Positions 27,790 to 36,677 of a DNA stretch of 51,786 bases are shown here, in pieces. Source of the stretch: an uncultured Bacteroidales bacterium (GTDB taxonomy: Bacteria; Bacteroidota; Bacteroidia; Bacteroidales; CAZVTW01); assembly GCA_964629805.1 (NCBI GenBank), contig CAZVTW010000001.1, positions 1 through 51,786 of the forward strand, read 5' to 3'. A program made the translations under genes and the position numbers. Numbering within the stretch: position 1 is the first letter of the stretch; each line of letters opens with the position of its first letter. The notes beneath the pieces are model-generated. The model saw only the letters and a list, made by a program, of their open reading frames with translations, was not told the DNA's origin and searched no databases.

Positions 27790-29397
27790 TTAATCAGTCA
27801 TACCCATCTTTCTGAAAGGAGGTGGTTCAAAACCTGGAATTTTTTTAAATATTATTGAATTATCTTTCAGACTAAAATCCTTTGTTATAAAGCAATTGCC
27901 TGATGCGGGGCATCGTGAATATAACAGTGCCTCACTTTGTTGCCAACGCCATAAATTTTGATTCCGGCACAATATGTTTTGTTTCTCCTGTTATATTTAA
28001 AAATCTCACAATTTTTAACAATATTATTACCCGGCTCAAGTGTTTTTCTTTTGCCACCACTTAAAACCATACCTCCGGAGCCCAGATGATACATTTTACA
28101 TCCGTAGATCGTGTGGTTTTTTCCGGCATTATTGCAGATCAGAATTTTCGTAGTTATGCGCCTTCAGGTTACCTATCCTTCGTGAGATGAGCTCTCCTGT
28201 CATTTCATGAATCGGATAATCAGGTTTACCGATCCCTTTTCCCATCATAAGTGCAATTGTACCGAAATTTCGCATTGTGCAATTATCAAAAGAAATATGA
28301 TGTCCGCCTTCGAGATAAACCCCCATACCACGACCACACTCAAAGATAAGGTTCTTAAACAGAATGTCTGATGTGTTTTCAACTGCCAGTAAAGGTTGTT
28401 CATTCATTGAAACTGTTATTTTGGCTCCCTCAAAGTTATCAGGAGGATACAGATACAGGATACCTGTTTCGTGATCAATATAATATTCACCGGGCATATC
28501 TATCTCTTCGGGGATATTATAGGCATAATAACCAATAATTCTGCCTGCCCATTCCTCATCAGGATCAGACTTTTTTATGCCAAACATTGAGGCTTGCTTT
28601 AACTTAATTGTTTTTTCTTTTAAATTAATATCCTCAACCCCCAGATTATCATCAGCATATCCGGCGCCAAAATATCCCCATAACCAAATATTGTCTGCAT
28701 GGTTCCAATATTTTGCCCTGTCATAGTCAAATCCAATTGTTCCGCCCCTCATAGAAAAATCATGTTCGTATGGTACAGAACCAGGGTCTAAGACATCTGT
28801 AACCGGAACAACACCCTTATTTGGCCATTTCGCAATTGTCATTGGTTTATTGTCAATAAACAATTCCATTTGGGCAGGAAGTATGGCAGTTGAGAATCCG
28901 TGCTGCTTAAATGTTCCGTAATCTGTTATTCCCATTGATCTTAAATCGGCTGTAAGGATTTTCGACCTTGCTTCCTTTTCTACAATCCTGTTAATTATTT
29001 CCTTATCTTGTAATGGCTTAAAATCAGATGGAGAAAGTTCATTCCCTCCTGATATAATGGCTTTTTCTCCGGGGAAAGCTGATATCACCAACGGATAATC
29101 GCCTGTTGCCGAGTCTTTTTCTGAAAATTCAATGGCCCCTGAAGTATAATATGTTCCCCCTCTAAGAATAATTCGCAACGTGTCATTCCCCAAAATATTT
29201 TGCTTTTTTCCGGTCCTGAACATGTCCCTGGCTTTTTCTATAGTAGCTAAGGGAGCCTGCATAGTCCCGGGATTTGAATCATCCCCGTTTGGAGATACAT
29301 AAAGTCGGGTCATATTGTGCTTTTGACAACTCACAGAAAGGATAAATAATACCGGAATAATTGAATTCAGGATTTTTTTCATTCTATTTGAAATCAT
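27790..29397 (-). pseudogene. Beta-helix protein gene, frameshifted and 3'-truncated
   Basis: Three consecutive frames are used. 28129..29397 carries a lipoprotein signal (LFILSVSC) and YVSPNGDDSNPGTMQAPLATIEKA. 27885..28094 is readable upstream as ..ICNNAGKNHTIYGCKMYHLGSGG...VRHCYIHDAPHQAIAL. 27790..27972 has no recognisable continuation. The frame switch lies within about 28095..28170. Confidence 0.7.
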
Positions 29398-29533
29398 ATT
29401 TTGAAGGTTTAATTATAATGCAATGAAAAACAATAATGAAAAAAGTGAAATTAATAAAATAAACATTAATATTTGCAGATTTCTGTATAATCTCAAATTG
29501 TTTTTATATTTTTTTTGATCGTCCATAATTCAG

Positions 29534-32047
29534 TCACTTATTGTTCAACATGAGAATATGTTCATTTTCTTTGCCAAATACGGGGATTTCAACATTTTCA
29601 AACTTGTTATTTTTTAAAACAGCCTGTATACTCGAACCGAAAATCATTCCGTATTTGCAATTCATATTGACATTACTTTCAAACGTCATCCCTATAAAAT
29701 CAAAAGGATTGATTTTTCGTTCTTCAGATGCTTTAACAGCCTGATCACACCATGTAACATCATATCCTGGATAATTAAAAGAACAATCATTTTCCAGATA
29801 GTTATTTCTGATGATATATCCCACATAATTTAAGGCTCCTCCTCCGGAGGCCCAGTCGCTTTCGCAACTGTAATGTGCACCTATCCCTCCGGCTTCGTAC
29901 CTGCCGCCCGGTTCGTGCTGGCCAACATTTAAACAGCGTCCTTCATTACAATAATTGTTAATTATCTGAAAAAAGTGACAGCCTCCTGCCACGCTGAAAG
30001 CATGATAAACAGTCCAGGCTCCAATAGGTCCGGTGCGGGTTGCCCGGTTACCGTCAATGACAATTTCATGGCTGTGTCCCCACAGAAACACAGCCGGACC
30101 AGCATCCTCCACAGTATTTTTTGCAAAGGTAATGTGACGAAAAGCAGGAGCATCATGTACAACCAGGAAAGATTCGGTGTTTAACGGTGTTCTGAAAGGC
30201 TTCTCAAAATAGATTGTATTACCTTTAACATCCGCAATTTTATTAACCTGCCCAAGTCCTTTACCCCTGAATACCTGCACTTCTTTGCCAATATATATTG
30301 AAAAATCATTCTGATCTGTCTTTTGTTTGTTAAAAGGAAAGTATTGAGCAAGCCTGCCAGTTTCTTTATTCATCTTTTCCCAGTAGGCATGCCACTTTTG
30401 ACTGTCAACTTCAATTCTGTCATCATACGTCTTTTTAATAAACAGTGGCAGTCTGTAACCCCACATATGACCAAGCAATCCCTCATTGTCACTAACCCAG
30501 AATTGTCTCACAACGTGATTATTATAAAAAAACATATTCTTTCCGCCATGCATCATCCATACCGAACCGTGATTGGTAGGCACTATTCCGTCCATTTCGT
30601 TGTTCTCAACAATGATTTTTTCATATCCGCTGCTCCCGTGCTGCAAAGCAATATTATTTGCTGCATTTCCGCTATGCATAATATTATCAGCAATACGACT
30701 GTATTTACTGTCGCACAAATAAACATTTGATTCTCTTGCCTGGAATTCAGAATGCGATATTTCAATATATTTCCCTTTTAATAAAACATTCACATGATTT
30801 TTCCTTTGAAAAAGACCAATTCGCGGATCATCCTTTCTCCTGTGATACAAATGGGTTCTGTTATCTAAAATACGACAATTTTTCACATACGAATAATTCG
30901 CATGCGCATTGGTATCATTATTATTCCAGGCAAAATCAATCCAGTTTTTCGGCAGTGTATCCCCAACAGGAGCTACCAATATCATTCCGGCGTATACAGA
31001 ATGAATACTGATGTTTTCCATTCCAACACTTCCCTCACCTGCAAATACAACATTAACCGAAGAATCCAGTGCATTCGTTCGGAAGCCGTCAGGAAGAAAT
31101 ATCCAGCTTCGCTCCCTGCTTTCACCTTTTATAATTGTTTTGTCAGGAAGACGAAATGTTTTATTCAAATGATATCCCCCGGCGGGAAAAAACAAAACAC
31201 CACCTCCGTTTTTCTTAATATCACCCAAAGCCTGTGTAACTGCTTTTGTGTCATCTGCAATGCCATTGCCTTCAGCTCCGTAATCCAAAATATTAAATAC
31301 CTTATCGGGCCATTCCTGAGGCTTTGAGATATGCATTATTTGTGGTTCGGACCAACCTAATTTCCCGCCTGTACCGGCATGCACATACACTTTTGCTTTT
31401 CCGGGAGCCAGGCTGCCAGGCAGAATAAAATGAATATCATATGCTGACATTTTAATGACTTCAGCTTTGTGAAAAATATTTTTACTATCCAGTATGCAAA
31501 CTCTGGCTTTGCCGCTAATATAATTTGAATAACTCACAGGTAGCCCCATACTGTCCTTGTCCGGATATAAAGATAAATTTACCAGGCCTTTTCCAAGGGC
31601 TCTTATCGTGTCTCCGGGCCATCCTTCATCAGTTGAGAGCCATTGCAAGTCAGGTTTATTGATAATCAGACTTTTGTTCATTTGGCGGGACTCATCCAAC
31701 AATAGCAACGCCATTCCATAATCAGCCACAGGTAATTCTATTGTCAAAACATTCTCATATCTCTGCAGGATGGTCACTTTCTCACCATTACGCGATAAAT
31801 AATTTTTATAATCAGGATTTTTAACAGGAAAGCCAACATCATCATTTTCAATAAAAATACATCGTAAATCACTTGAAAGGCTGAACCCATAACCTGTTAC
31901 GTAAGTCAATTTCCCAAAGGGCACCGGGCTTTCTGTCTTTGTCAGACCACTATCAGCTTTTACATGAAAAGACTGAATACTTAGTATGGACAAGATTAGA
32001 AATAGTACATTATTAAAATGTCTAATACAACAATTATTTTTTATCAT
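29534..32047 (-). CDS. Pectate_lyase_3-type right-handed beta-helix protein (GH28/GH55/tailspike-like fold), family unassigned
   Basis: 837-aa ORF with a signal peptide. It has VFNILDYGAEGNGIADDTKAVTQALGDIKKNGGGVLFFPAGGYHL, the hallmark N-cap of the Pectate_lyase_3 superfamily. Multiple N-N/H-x-x coil repeats follow. Confidence 0.75.
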   Translation of the reverse strand: MIKNNCCIRHFNNVLFLILSILSIQSFHVKADSGLTKTESPVPFGKLTYVTGYGFSLSSDLRCIFIENDDVGFPVKNPDYKNYLSRNGEKVTILQRYENVLTIELPVADYGMALLLLDESRQMNKSLIINKPDLQWLSTDEGWPGDTIRALGKGLVNLSLYPDKDSMGLPVSYSNYISGKARVCILDSKNIFHKAEVIKMSAYDIHFILPGSLAPGKAKVYVHAGTGGKLGWSEPQIMHISKPQEWPDKVFNILDYGAEGNGIADDTKAVTQALGDIKKNGGGVLFFPAGGYHLNKTFRLPDKTIIKGESRERSWIFLPDGFRTNALDSSVNVVFAGEGSVGMENISIHSVYAGMILVAPVGDTLPKNWIDFAWNNNDTNAHANYSYVKNCRILDNRTHLYHRRKDDPRIGLFQRKNHVNVLLKGKYIEISHSEFQARESNVYLCDSKYSRIADNIMHSGNAANNIALQHGSSGYEKIIVENNEMDGIVPTNHGSVWMMHGGKNMFFYNNHVVRQFWVSDNEGLLGHMWGYRLPLFIKKTYDDRIEVDSQKWHAYWEKMNKETGRLAQYFPFNKQKTDQNDFSIYIGKEVQVFRGKGLGQVNKIADVKGNTIYFEKPFRTPLNTESFLVVHDAPAFRHITFAKNTVEDAGPAVFLWGHSHEIVIDGNRATRTGPIGAWTVYHAFSVAGGCHFFQIINNYCNEGRCLNVGQHEPGGRYEAGGIGAHYSCESDWASGGGALNYVGYIIRNNYLENDCSFNYPGYDVTWCDQAVKASEERKINPFDFIGMTFESNVNMNCKYGMIFGSSIQAVLKNNKFENVEIPVFGKENEHILMLNNK

Positions 32048-32088
32048 GCGGCATTAATCTTTAAATCTGTTACTACAAAATTTCAATT

Positions 32089-32112
32089 ACGAAATAAGAG
32101 AATTATTTCGCA
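32089..32112. promoter_or_regulatory. Palindrome ACGAAATAA-N5-TTATTTCGCA (short member of hairpin family 2)
   Basis: Perfect 8-bp arms CGAAATAA/TTATTTCG lie 42-65 nt upstream of the ATG at 32047 (minus-strand gene), in the divergent region shared with the HTCS gene. Confidence 0.4.
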
Positions 32113-32350
32113 ATTCCCCTTCACCATATAGTAAATTAACAGCACAAAAAGTTATTCTTTGTAGAAAGTATCAATTCATCAGCAAAAAATGAGGTGAAAA
32201 AGAATTATAATTGATTTATAAAGTATATTTTAAAATAAAAAAGATTAGTGCTATTTCAATTAATATAAATGCTACTATTTTATATGAAAAAAATATATCT
32301 TGCAATAGCACTATTATTTCATTATTTTTATTGATATTTATCTTTGTTAT

Positions 32351-35300
32351 ATGAAAAAATATATGTTTTTAATCTGTCTGTTTTGTAACCTTCAATATGC
32401 AGATGCCTCAGAAAATATCCAATTCACTACCATAGACCAAAGAAGCGGTTTACCCTCAAACAATATCATCAGTATCTATAAAGATTCCAAAGGTTTTATG
32501 TGGTTTGGTTCTGTTCATGGTTTAATAAGATATGACAGCAGGGATTTTATTGTTTATAAGTACAATCCCCATGATTCAAAAAGCATCAGCAATAATGAAA
32601 TAAAAGCAATTGCAGAGGATGCATCAGGCAATCTGTGGATAGGCACAGAAAATGGACTAAATCTATATAACTGGAATTCAGATGATTTTATAAAATTTAT
32701 CCCTGATTCATCAGACAACAAAAGTATCAGTAATCACAGGATCAGAAATTTTTTATTAGACAGCAAAGGCAGGTTCTGGATAACAACAAGAGAAGGACTA
32801 AACCTGCTCACTAAAACAGAAAATGGTTTTTCTTTCAGGAGCTATTATCCTCCACGCACTGATACTTCCCGGACAAGTGAATGGTCAATTGTAACGATAA
32901 TTGAAGATCAGGACGGAGATATATGGGTTGGAACCTGGGGAAGAGGCTTATGCCAATTTGATCCGGTATCCGGAAAATTTATTTCTTACATGAAGGAGCC
33001 TGAAAACCCGTTTTCAATAGCCGGAAACATTGTTGAGGAACTGGAACAACTACCCAATGGTTTAATTATCGTTGGATTTTCAGGGGAAAACTTACAGCTT
33101 TTTGATAAAACCACCAGGCGTTTTCATTCTGCAAATTCATTACCCGAATATAGGGAATTATTTAAGATTAAAGGACCTTATTACTGCTTTGAGACCGAAA
33201 AACCCGACAGATTATGGATAGGGAATTTTAAAGGATTACAGGTATTCGATCTGAATAAAAAAAAGATAATCTATGATAACACATTGAAGCCGAGGAAAGA
33301 AAACCAGGGCCGGCCCAGGTTAACGGGCAAAGATCAGGCAAGAGTCGTATATAAGGATTACACCGGAATCATCTGGGTAGGATATGGCGGATTAGGCATT
33401 GACAAATATGATCCGAATAAGGACAAATTTTCAAAATATTTTGTATCATTAAAAACTTCAGAAATATCCCAGGACTATATCAGTGATTTTTTATATATAA
33501 ACAAAAATGAAATTTGGGTAACGACTAACAACGGTATCATTAAAACCAACACATCGGGAACGGAATTACAGCGCATTACAATTGATAAGAAAAAAGAAAA
33601 CACAGGCTATAATACTATTATTCAGGATGTAACAGGTCATCTATGGATTGGGACAAATCAGGGGCTTGTAAAGCTCAATCCTGCGACAGGAAATGTAGTA
33701 AAACGAATTCGCAACCATAATAATGAAATTGTATTAACACATAATAGTATCATAAACCTTGACCATGATGATGACGGAAGGTTTTGGATATTAACACAGG
33801 AAGGTTTGCATAATTATGATCCTGCAGAAGAAAGATTTATTGAAAATAATATCACCAGAAAATTTGGCAACACAAAAATATCATGTGTGTTTCGGGACAG
33901 GGATAATGACTACTGGATAGGTACAACAAACGGATTATATGTATATGATACTATTACACAAAATTTCAGATTGTTTCTGCCGAAAAAAAATAACGAAAAC
34001 AGTTTGATTAACAGAATGATTAGTTCGGTCATTCAGGATTCCGGAGGAAATATCTGGATTGCCACCAGGGGAGGAATATCAAAATACGATAAGCGAAAAA
34101 ATAGTTTTGAAAATTTTCATGAAAAGGATGGTCTGCCAAACACCTTAATTAACCGGCTGGCAGAAGATAATGAAGGAAATATCTGGTTTAGTTCATTTGG
34201 AATCAGTAAGATTGATGTAAAAACCAAACTCCTAACAAATTACACGGAAGATGACGGACTGGCACCAAAAACGCACAACCTGTTAACATTAAAAAACGGA
34301 CAATTTGTAACGCTCAATGAAAAGGGCTTTCATATCTTTTATCCGGATAGTATCCGGTCTTATCACAAAACACCACAACTCTATTTAACAGGTTTGTCAA
34401 TTGCAGGCAGAACAATTACCCCGGGTTCACCAATTTTACAAGGCTATTCTCTTATCGAGGCAAAGAACATCAGGCTGAATTATTCACAGCGGGTGATAAA
34501 TTTTCAATTTTCTGCTCTGAATTACACACTTCCTTCCAAAACAAAGTATAAATACATACTTGAGGGTTATGATGAAAAATGGAATAATCCGGGAACAAAG
34601 AATAACTTTACTTTAATGAACCTGTCACCCGGAAAATATACACTCAAAGTCAGGGCCTCGAATAGCGACGGCGTGTGGAGCAAACACGACACCCAATTAA
34701 ATATTACAGTTGATCCGCCGTACTACCTTACCTGGTGGGCATACATTGTTTATATTATGATTTTTTGCACGATATTTTTTCTGTACAGGTATTACACCAT
34801 AAAGATGGAAAGAGTAAAAAGTCAGTTGAAATTTGAAAAATTAAATGCCCAAAAAGAGCATGAACTTGATCAGTTAAAACTAAAATTCTTTATTAATATT
34901 TCACATGAGTTCAAAACACCTTTAACATTAATTCTCGGATTGTTGTCGCATACCTTAAAAAGTAAATCAGAAAAAACAATGCGGAGTAATATCCAAACAG
35001 CAATCAGAAACGCTTTAAGATTAAAGAAACTCATAAACCAGCTTCTTGATTTAAGAAAGTTAGATACCGGAAAAATAAAACCCGAAATAAGAACAGGGGA
35101 TATAAAAAAGTTCTCTGAGAAAATATGTTCTGTATTTAACTCGTTAGCGGCAATGCAGGAACAAAAGTTTGAATTCTTTGCTGAAGAAAAGGATATGACT
35201 GTTTTTTTCGATCCGGATAAAACTGAAAAGATAATCTCAAATCTTTTAGCAAATGCTTTTAAACACACAAAAAAAGGGGGTGAAATTTCTCTTTCTGTCA

Positions 35301-36565
35301 CAAGGGTATTGGTTTCCGGACCGCATCCGGAAAATGAGCTTATCAAAATGAACAGTGATTCGGTTTTAATTAACTCATATGTCTATAATGACATTAAAGA
35401 CGGATTATTTATCCATATGAAGGTAAAAGATGAAGGTATTGGTGTATCTGAAGAAAACATAAAAAATATTTTTGAACGATTTCATCAAATTGAAAATTCT
35501 AAAAATGCAAAGTCGGAAGGCACAGGAATTGGTTTATCCCTGGTAAATGAACTTGTTAAAATCCTGAAGGGGATGCTTTTTATAAAATCACAAACCGGTA
35601 AAGGGACTGAAATAAGCGTATATTTGCCTGCAGAAAAACAATTCTATTACAAAGATGAAATTATTAAGCACCCAATCCCATTAGACTATAGTGATCCGGA
35701 AAAAGAAGAAGATGTAATGATGCTTTATACTCAACCGGAGCGGCAACAGGAATTGTTGGAGGATGATAAGGCAGATAGTAGCAATAATTATCCTTTAGTG
35801 GTTGTTATAGAAGACAATAGAGAACTCCTGGATTTTATCGGAAATTTATTAAAAGAGAATAATTACCGCGTTAAAAAAGCTGTTGACGGCAAGGAAGGAT
35901 TCGAAAAAATCAGGAAATTTATACCAGACCTGATAATTTCAGATATTATGATGCCCAGAATGAACGGCATAGACCTTTGTAATAATTTAAAAAAAGATAA
36001 AAACCTCAATCTGATTCCTGTTATTTTATTAACCGCAAAAAATAGTATCGAAAGCGTAAAAGAAGGCTACGAGCAGGGAGCTGACGATTACATTGTCAAA
36101 CCCTTTAATAATGAATTACTTCTAACAAGAATTGATAACCTGATTCAAAGCAGGAAAAAACTCAGGGACAGCCTGAAAAGTGACATAAAAATGCCTTTTC
36201 ATGACGGTGAATTATTAAATAAAGATGAGCAGTTCTTATCATCTGCCTACAAAATTATACAGGATAACCTCACGAATCCTGATTTCACCCAGAGTGAATT
36301 TTGTGAGCACATGAATATGAGTAAATCCCAGTTGTATAAACGATTAAAAGCGCTTACCAATGAATCAATAAATGAGTTTGTCAGAAACATCAGACTGAAA
36401 AAAGCAGAACAAATATTCAGAAAAGTCGAAAACATACCTATATCAGAGGTGGCTTACCTGGTCGGTTTTTCTGATCCGAACTACTTTACCAGGGTATTTC
36501 GTCAATATTTTGGAGAGTCTCCAAAAAAATATATTGAGAATTTAAATAAGGATGAAACAGATTGA
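32351..36565 (+). CDS. Hybrid two-component system (HTCS) sensor kinase/response regulator with AraC-type HTH output
   Basis: 1404-aa ORF with propeller repeats and Y_Y_Y. It has a TM segment (WWAYIVYIMIFCTIFFLY), HisKA (ISHEFKTPLTLILG), HATPase (GTGIGLSLVNE), REC (VVVIEDNREL...IISDIMMPRMNG) and an AraC HTH (VAYLVGFSDPNYFTRVFRQYFGESPKKY). Confidence 0.92.
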   Translation: MKKYMFLICLFCNLQYADASENIQFTTIDQRSGLPSNNIISIYKDSKGFMWFGSVHGLIRYDSRDFIVYKYNPHDSKSISNNEIKAIAEDASGNLWIGTENGLNLYNWNSDDFIKFIPDSSDNKSISNHRIRNFLLDSKGRFWITTREGLNLLTKTENGFSFRSYYPPRTDTSRTSEWSIVTIIEDQDGDIWVGTWGRGLCQFDPVSGKFISYMKEPENPFSIAGNIVEELEQLPNGLIIVGFSGENLQLFDKTTRRFHSANSLPEYRELFKIKGPYYCFETEKPDRLWIGNFKGLQVFDLNKKKIIYDNTLKPRKENQGRPRLTGKDQARVVYKDYTGIIWVGYGGLGIDKYDPNKDKFSKYFVSLKTSEISQDYISDFLYINKNEIWVTTNNGIIKTNTSGTELQRITIDKKKENTGYNTIIQDVTGHLWIGTNQGLVKLNPATGNVVKRIRNHNNEIVLTHNSIINLDHDDDGRFWILTQEGLHNYDPAEERFIENNITRKFGNTKISCVFRDRDNDYWIGTTNGLYVYDTITQNFRLFLPKKNNENSLINRMISSVIQDSGGNIWIATRGGISKYDKRKNSFENFHEKDGLPNTLINRLAEDNEGNIWFSSFGISKIDVKTKLLTNYTEDDGLAPKTHNLLTLKNGQFVTLNEKGFHIFYPDSIRSYHKTPQLYLTGLSIAGRTITPGSPILQGYSLIEAKNIRLNYSQRVINFQFSALNYTLPSKTKYKYILEGYDEKWNNPGTKNNFTLMNLSPGKYTLKVRASNSDGVWSKHDTQLNITVDPPYYLTWWAYIVYIMIFCTIFFLYRYYTIKMERVKSQLKFEKLNAQKEHELDQLKLKFFINISHEFKTPLTLILGLLSHTLKSKSEKTMRSNIQTAIRNALRLKKLINQLLDLRKLDTGKIKPEIRTGDIKKFSEKICSVFNSLAAMQEQKFEFFAEEKDMTVFFDPDKTEKIISNLLANAFKHTKKGGEISLSVTRVLVSGPHPENELIKMNSDSVLINSYVYNDIKDGLFIHMKVKDEGIGVSEENIKNIFERFHQIENSKNAKSEGTGIGLSLVNELVKILKGMLFIKSQTGKGTEISVYLPAEKQFYYKDEIIKHPIPLDYSDPEKEEDVMMLYTQPERQQELLEDDKADSSNNYPLVVVIEDNRELLDFIGNLLKENNYRVKKAVDGKEGFEKIRKFIPDLIISDIMMPRMNGIDLCNNLKKDKNLNLIPVILLTAKNSIESVKEGYEQGADDYIVKPFNNELLLTRIDNLIQSRKKLRDSLKSDIKMPFHDGELLNKDEQFLSSAYKIIQDNLTNPDFTQSEFCEHMNMSKSQLYKRLKALTNESINEFVRNIRLKKAEQIFRKVENIPISEVAYLVGFSDPNYFTRVFRQYFGESPKKYIENLNKDETD

Positions 36566-36607
36566 GAAATATTTCAATAAAGCCCACTCGCAATTATGTT
36601 TGATTAA

Positions 36608-36677
36608 ATGAGTCCACTCCGGTGAGTCCATTTGTCGCCAAATTCTTCGTTATAACATTTCTTAGAAGTTGGCTCAT
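36608..36677 (+). repeat. MITE-like repeat, mini copy C (70 nt)
   Basis: ATGAGTCCACTCC...CATTTGTCGCCAAATTCTTCGTTAT...TTCTTAGAAGTTGGCTCAT. The termini match at 10/13 positions. The interior matches the CATTTGTCACCAA..ACGTTAT segment of copy B. The right terminus contains the TGA stop of CDS 36674..39214. Confidence 0.7.

Noticed and set aside
30323-31327. Plus-strand ORFs 30323..30730, 30727..31011 and 30902..31327, and similar antisense ORFs at 34870..35346, 36846..37256, 20468..20854, 43319..43654 and 50665..50943
   Set aside because: All lie antisense to, or out of frame within, long ORFs with strong family signatures. None has motifs or signal sequences of its own.
32284-32334. 16-codon upstream ORF MKKIYLAIALLFHYFY whose start region (TATATGAAAAAAATATAT) mimics the HTCS start (TATATGAAAAAATATAT)
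   Set aside because: It may be a leader peptide or a duplicated start. In DNA this AT-rich the similarity is short and could arise by chance. A TATCTTTG -7-like box at 32339..32346 lies between it and the HTCS ATG, which argues that it is not co-translated. There is not enough evidence to call it.
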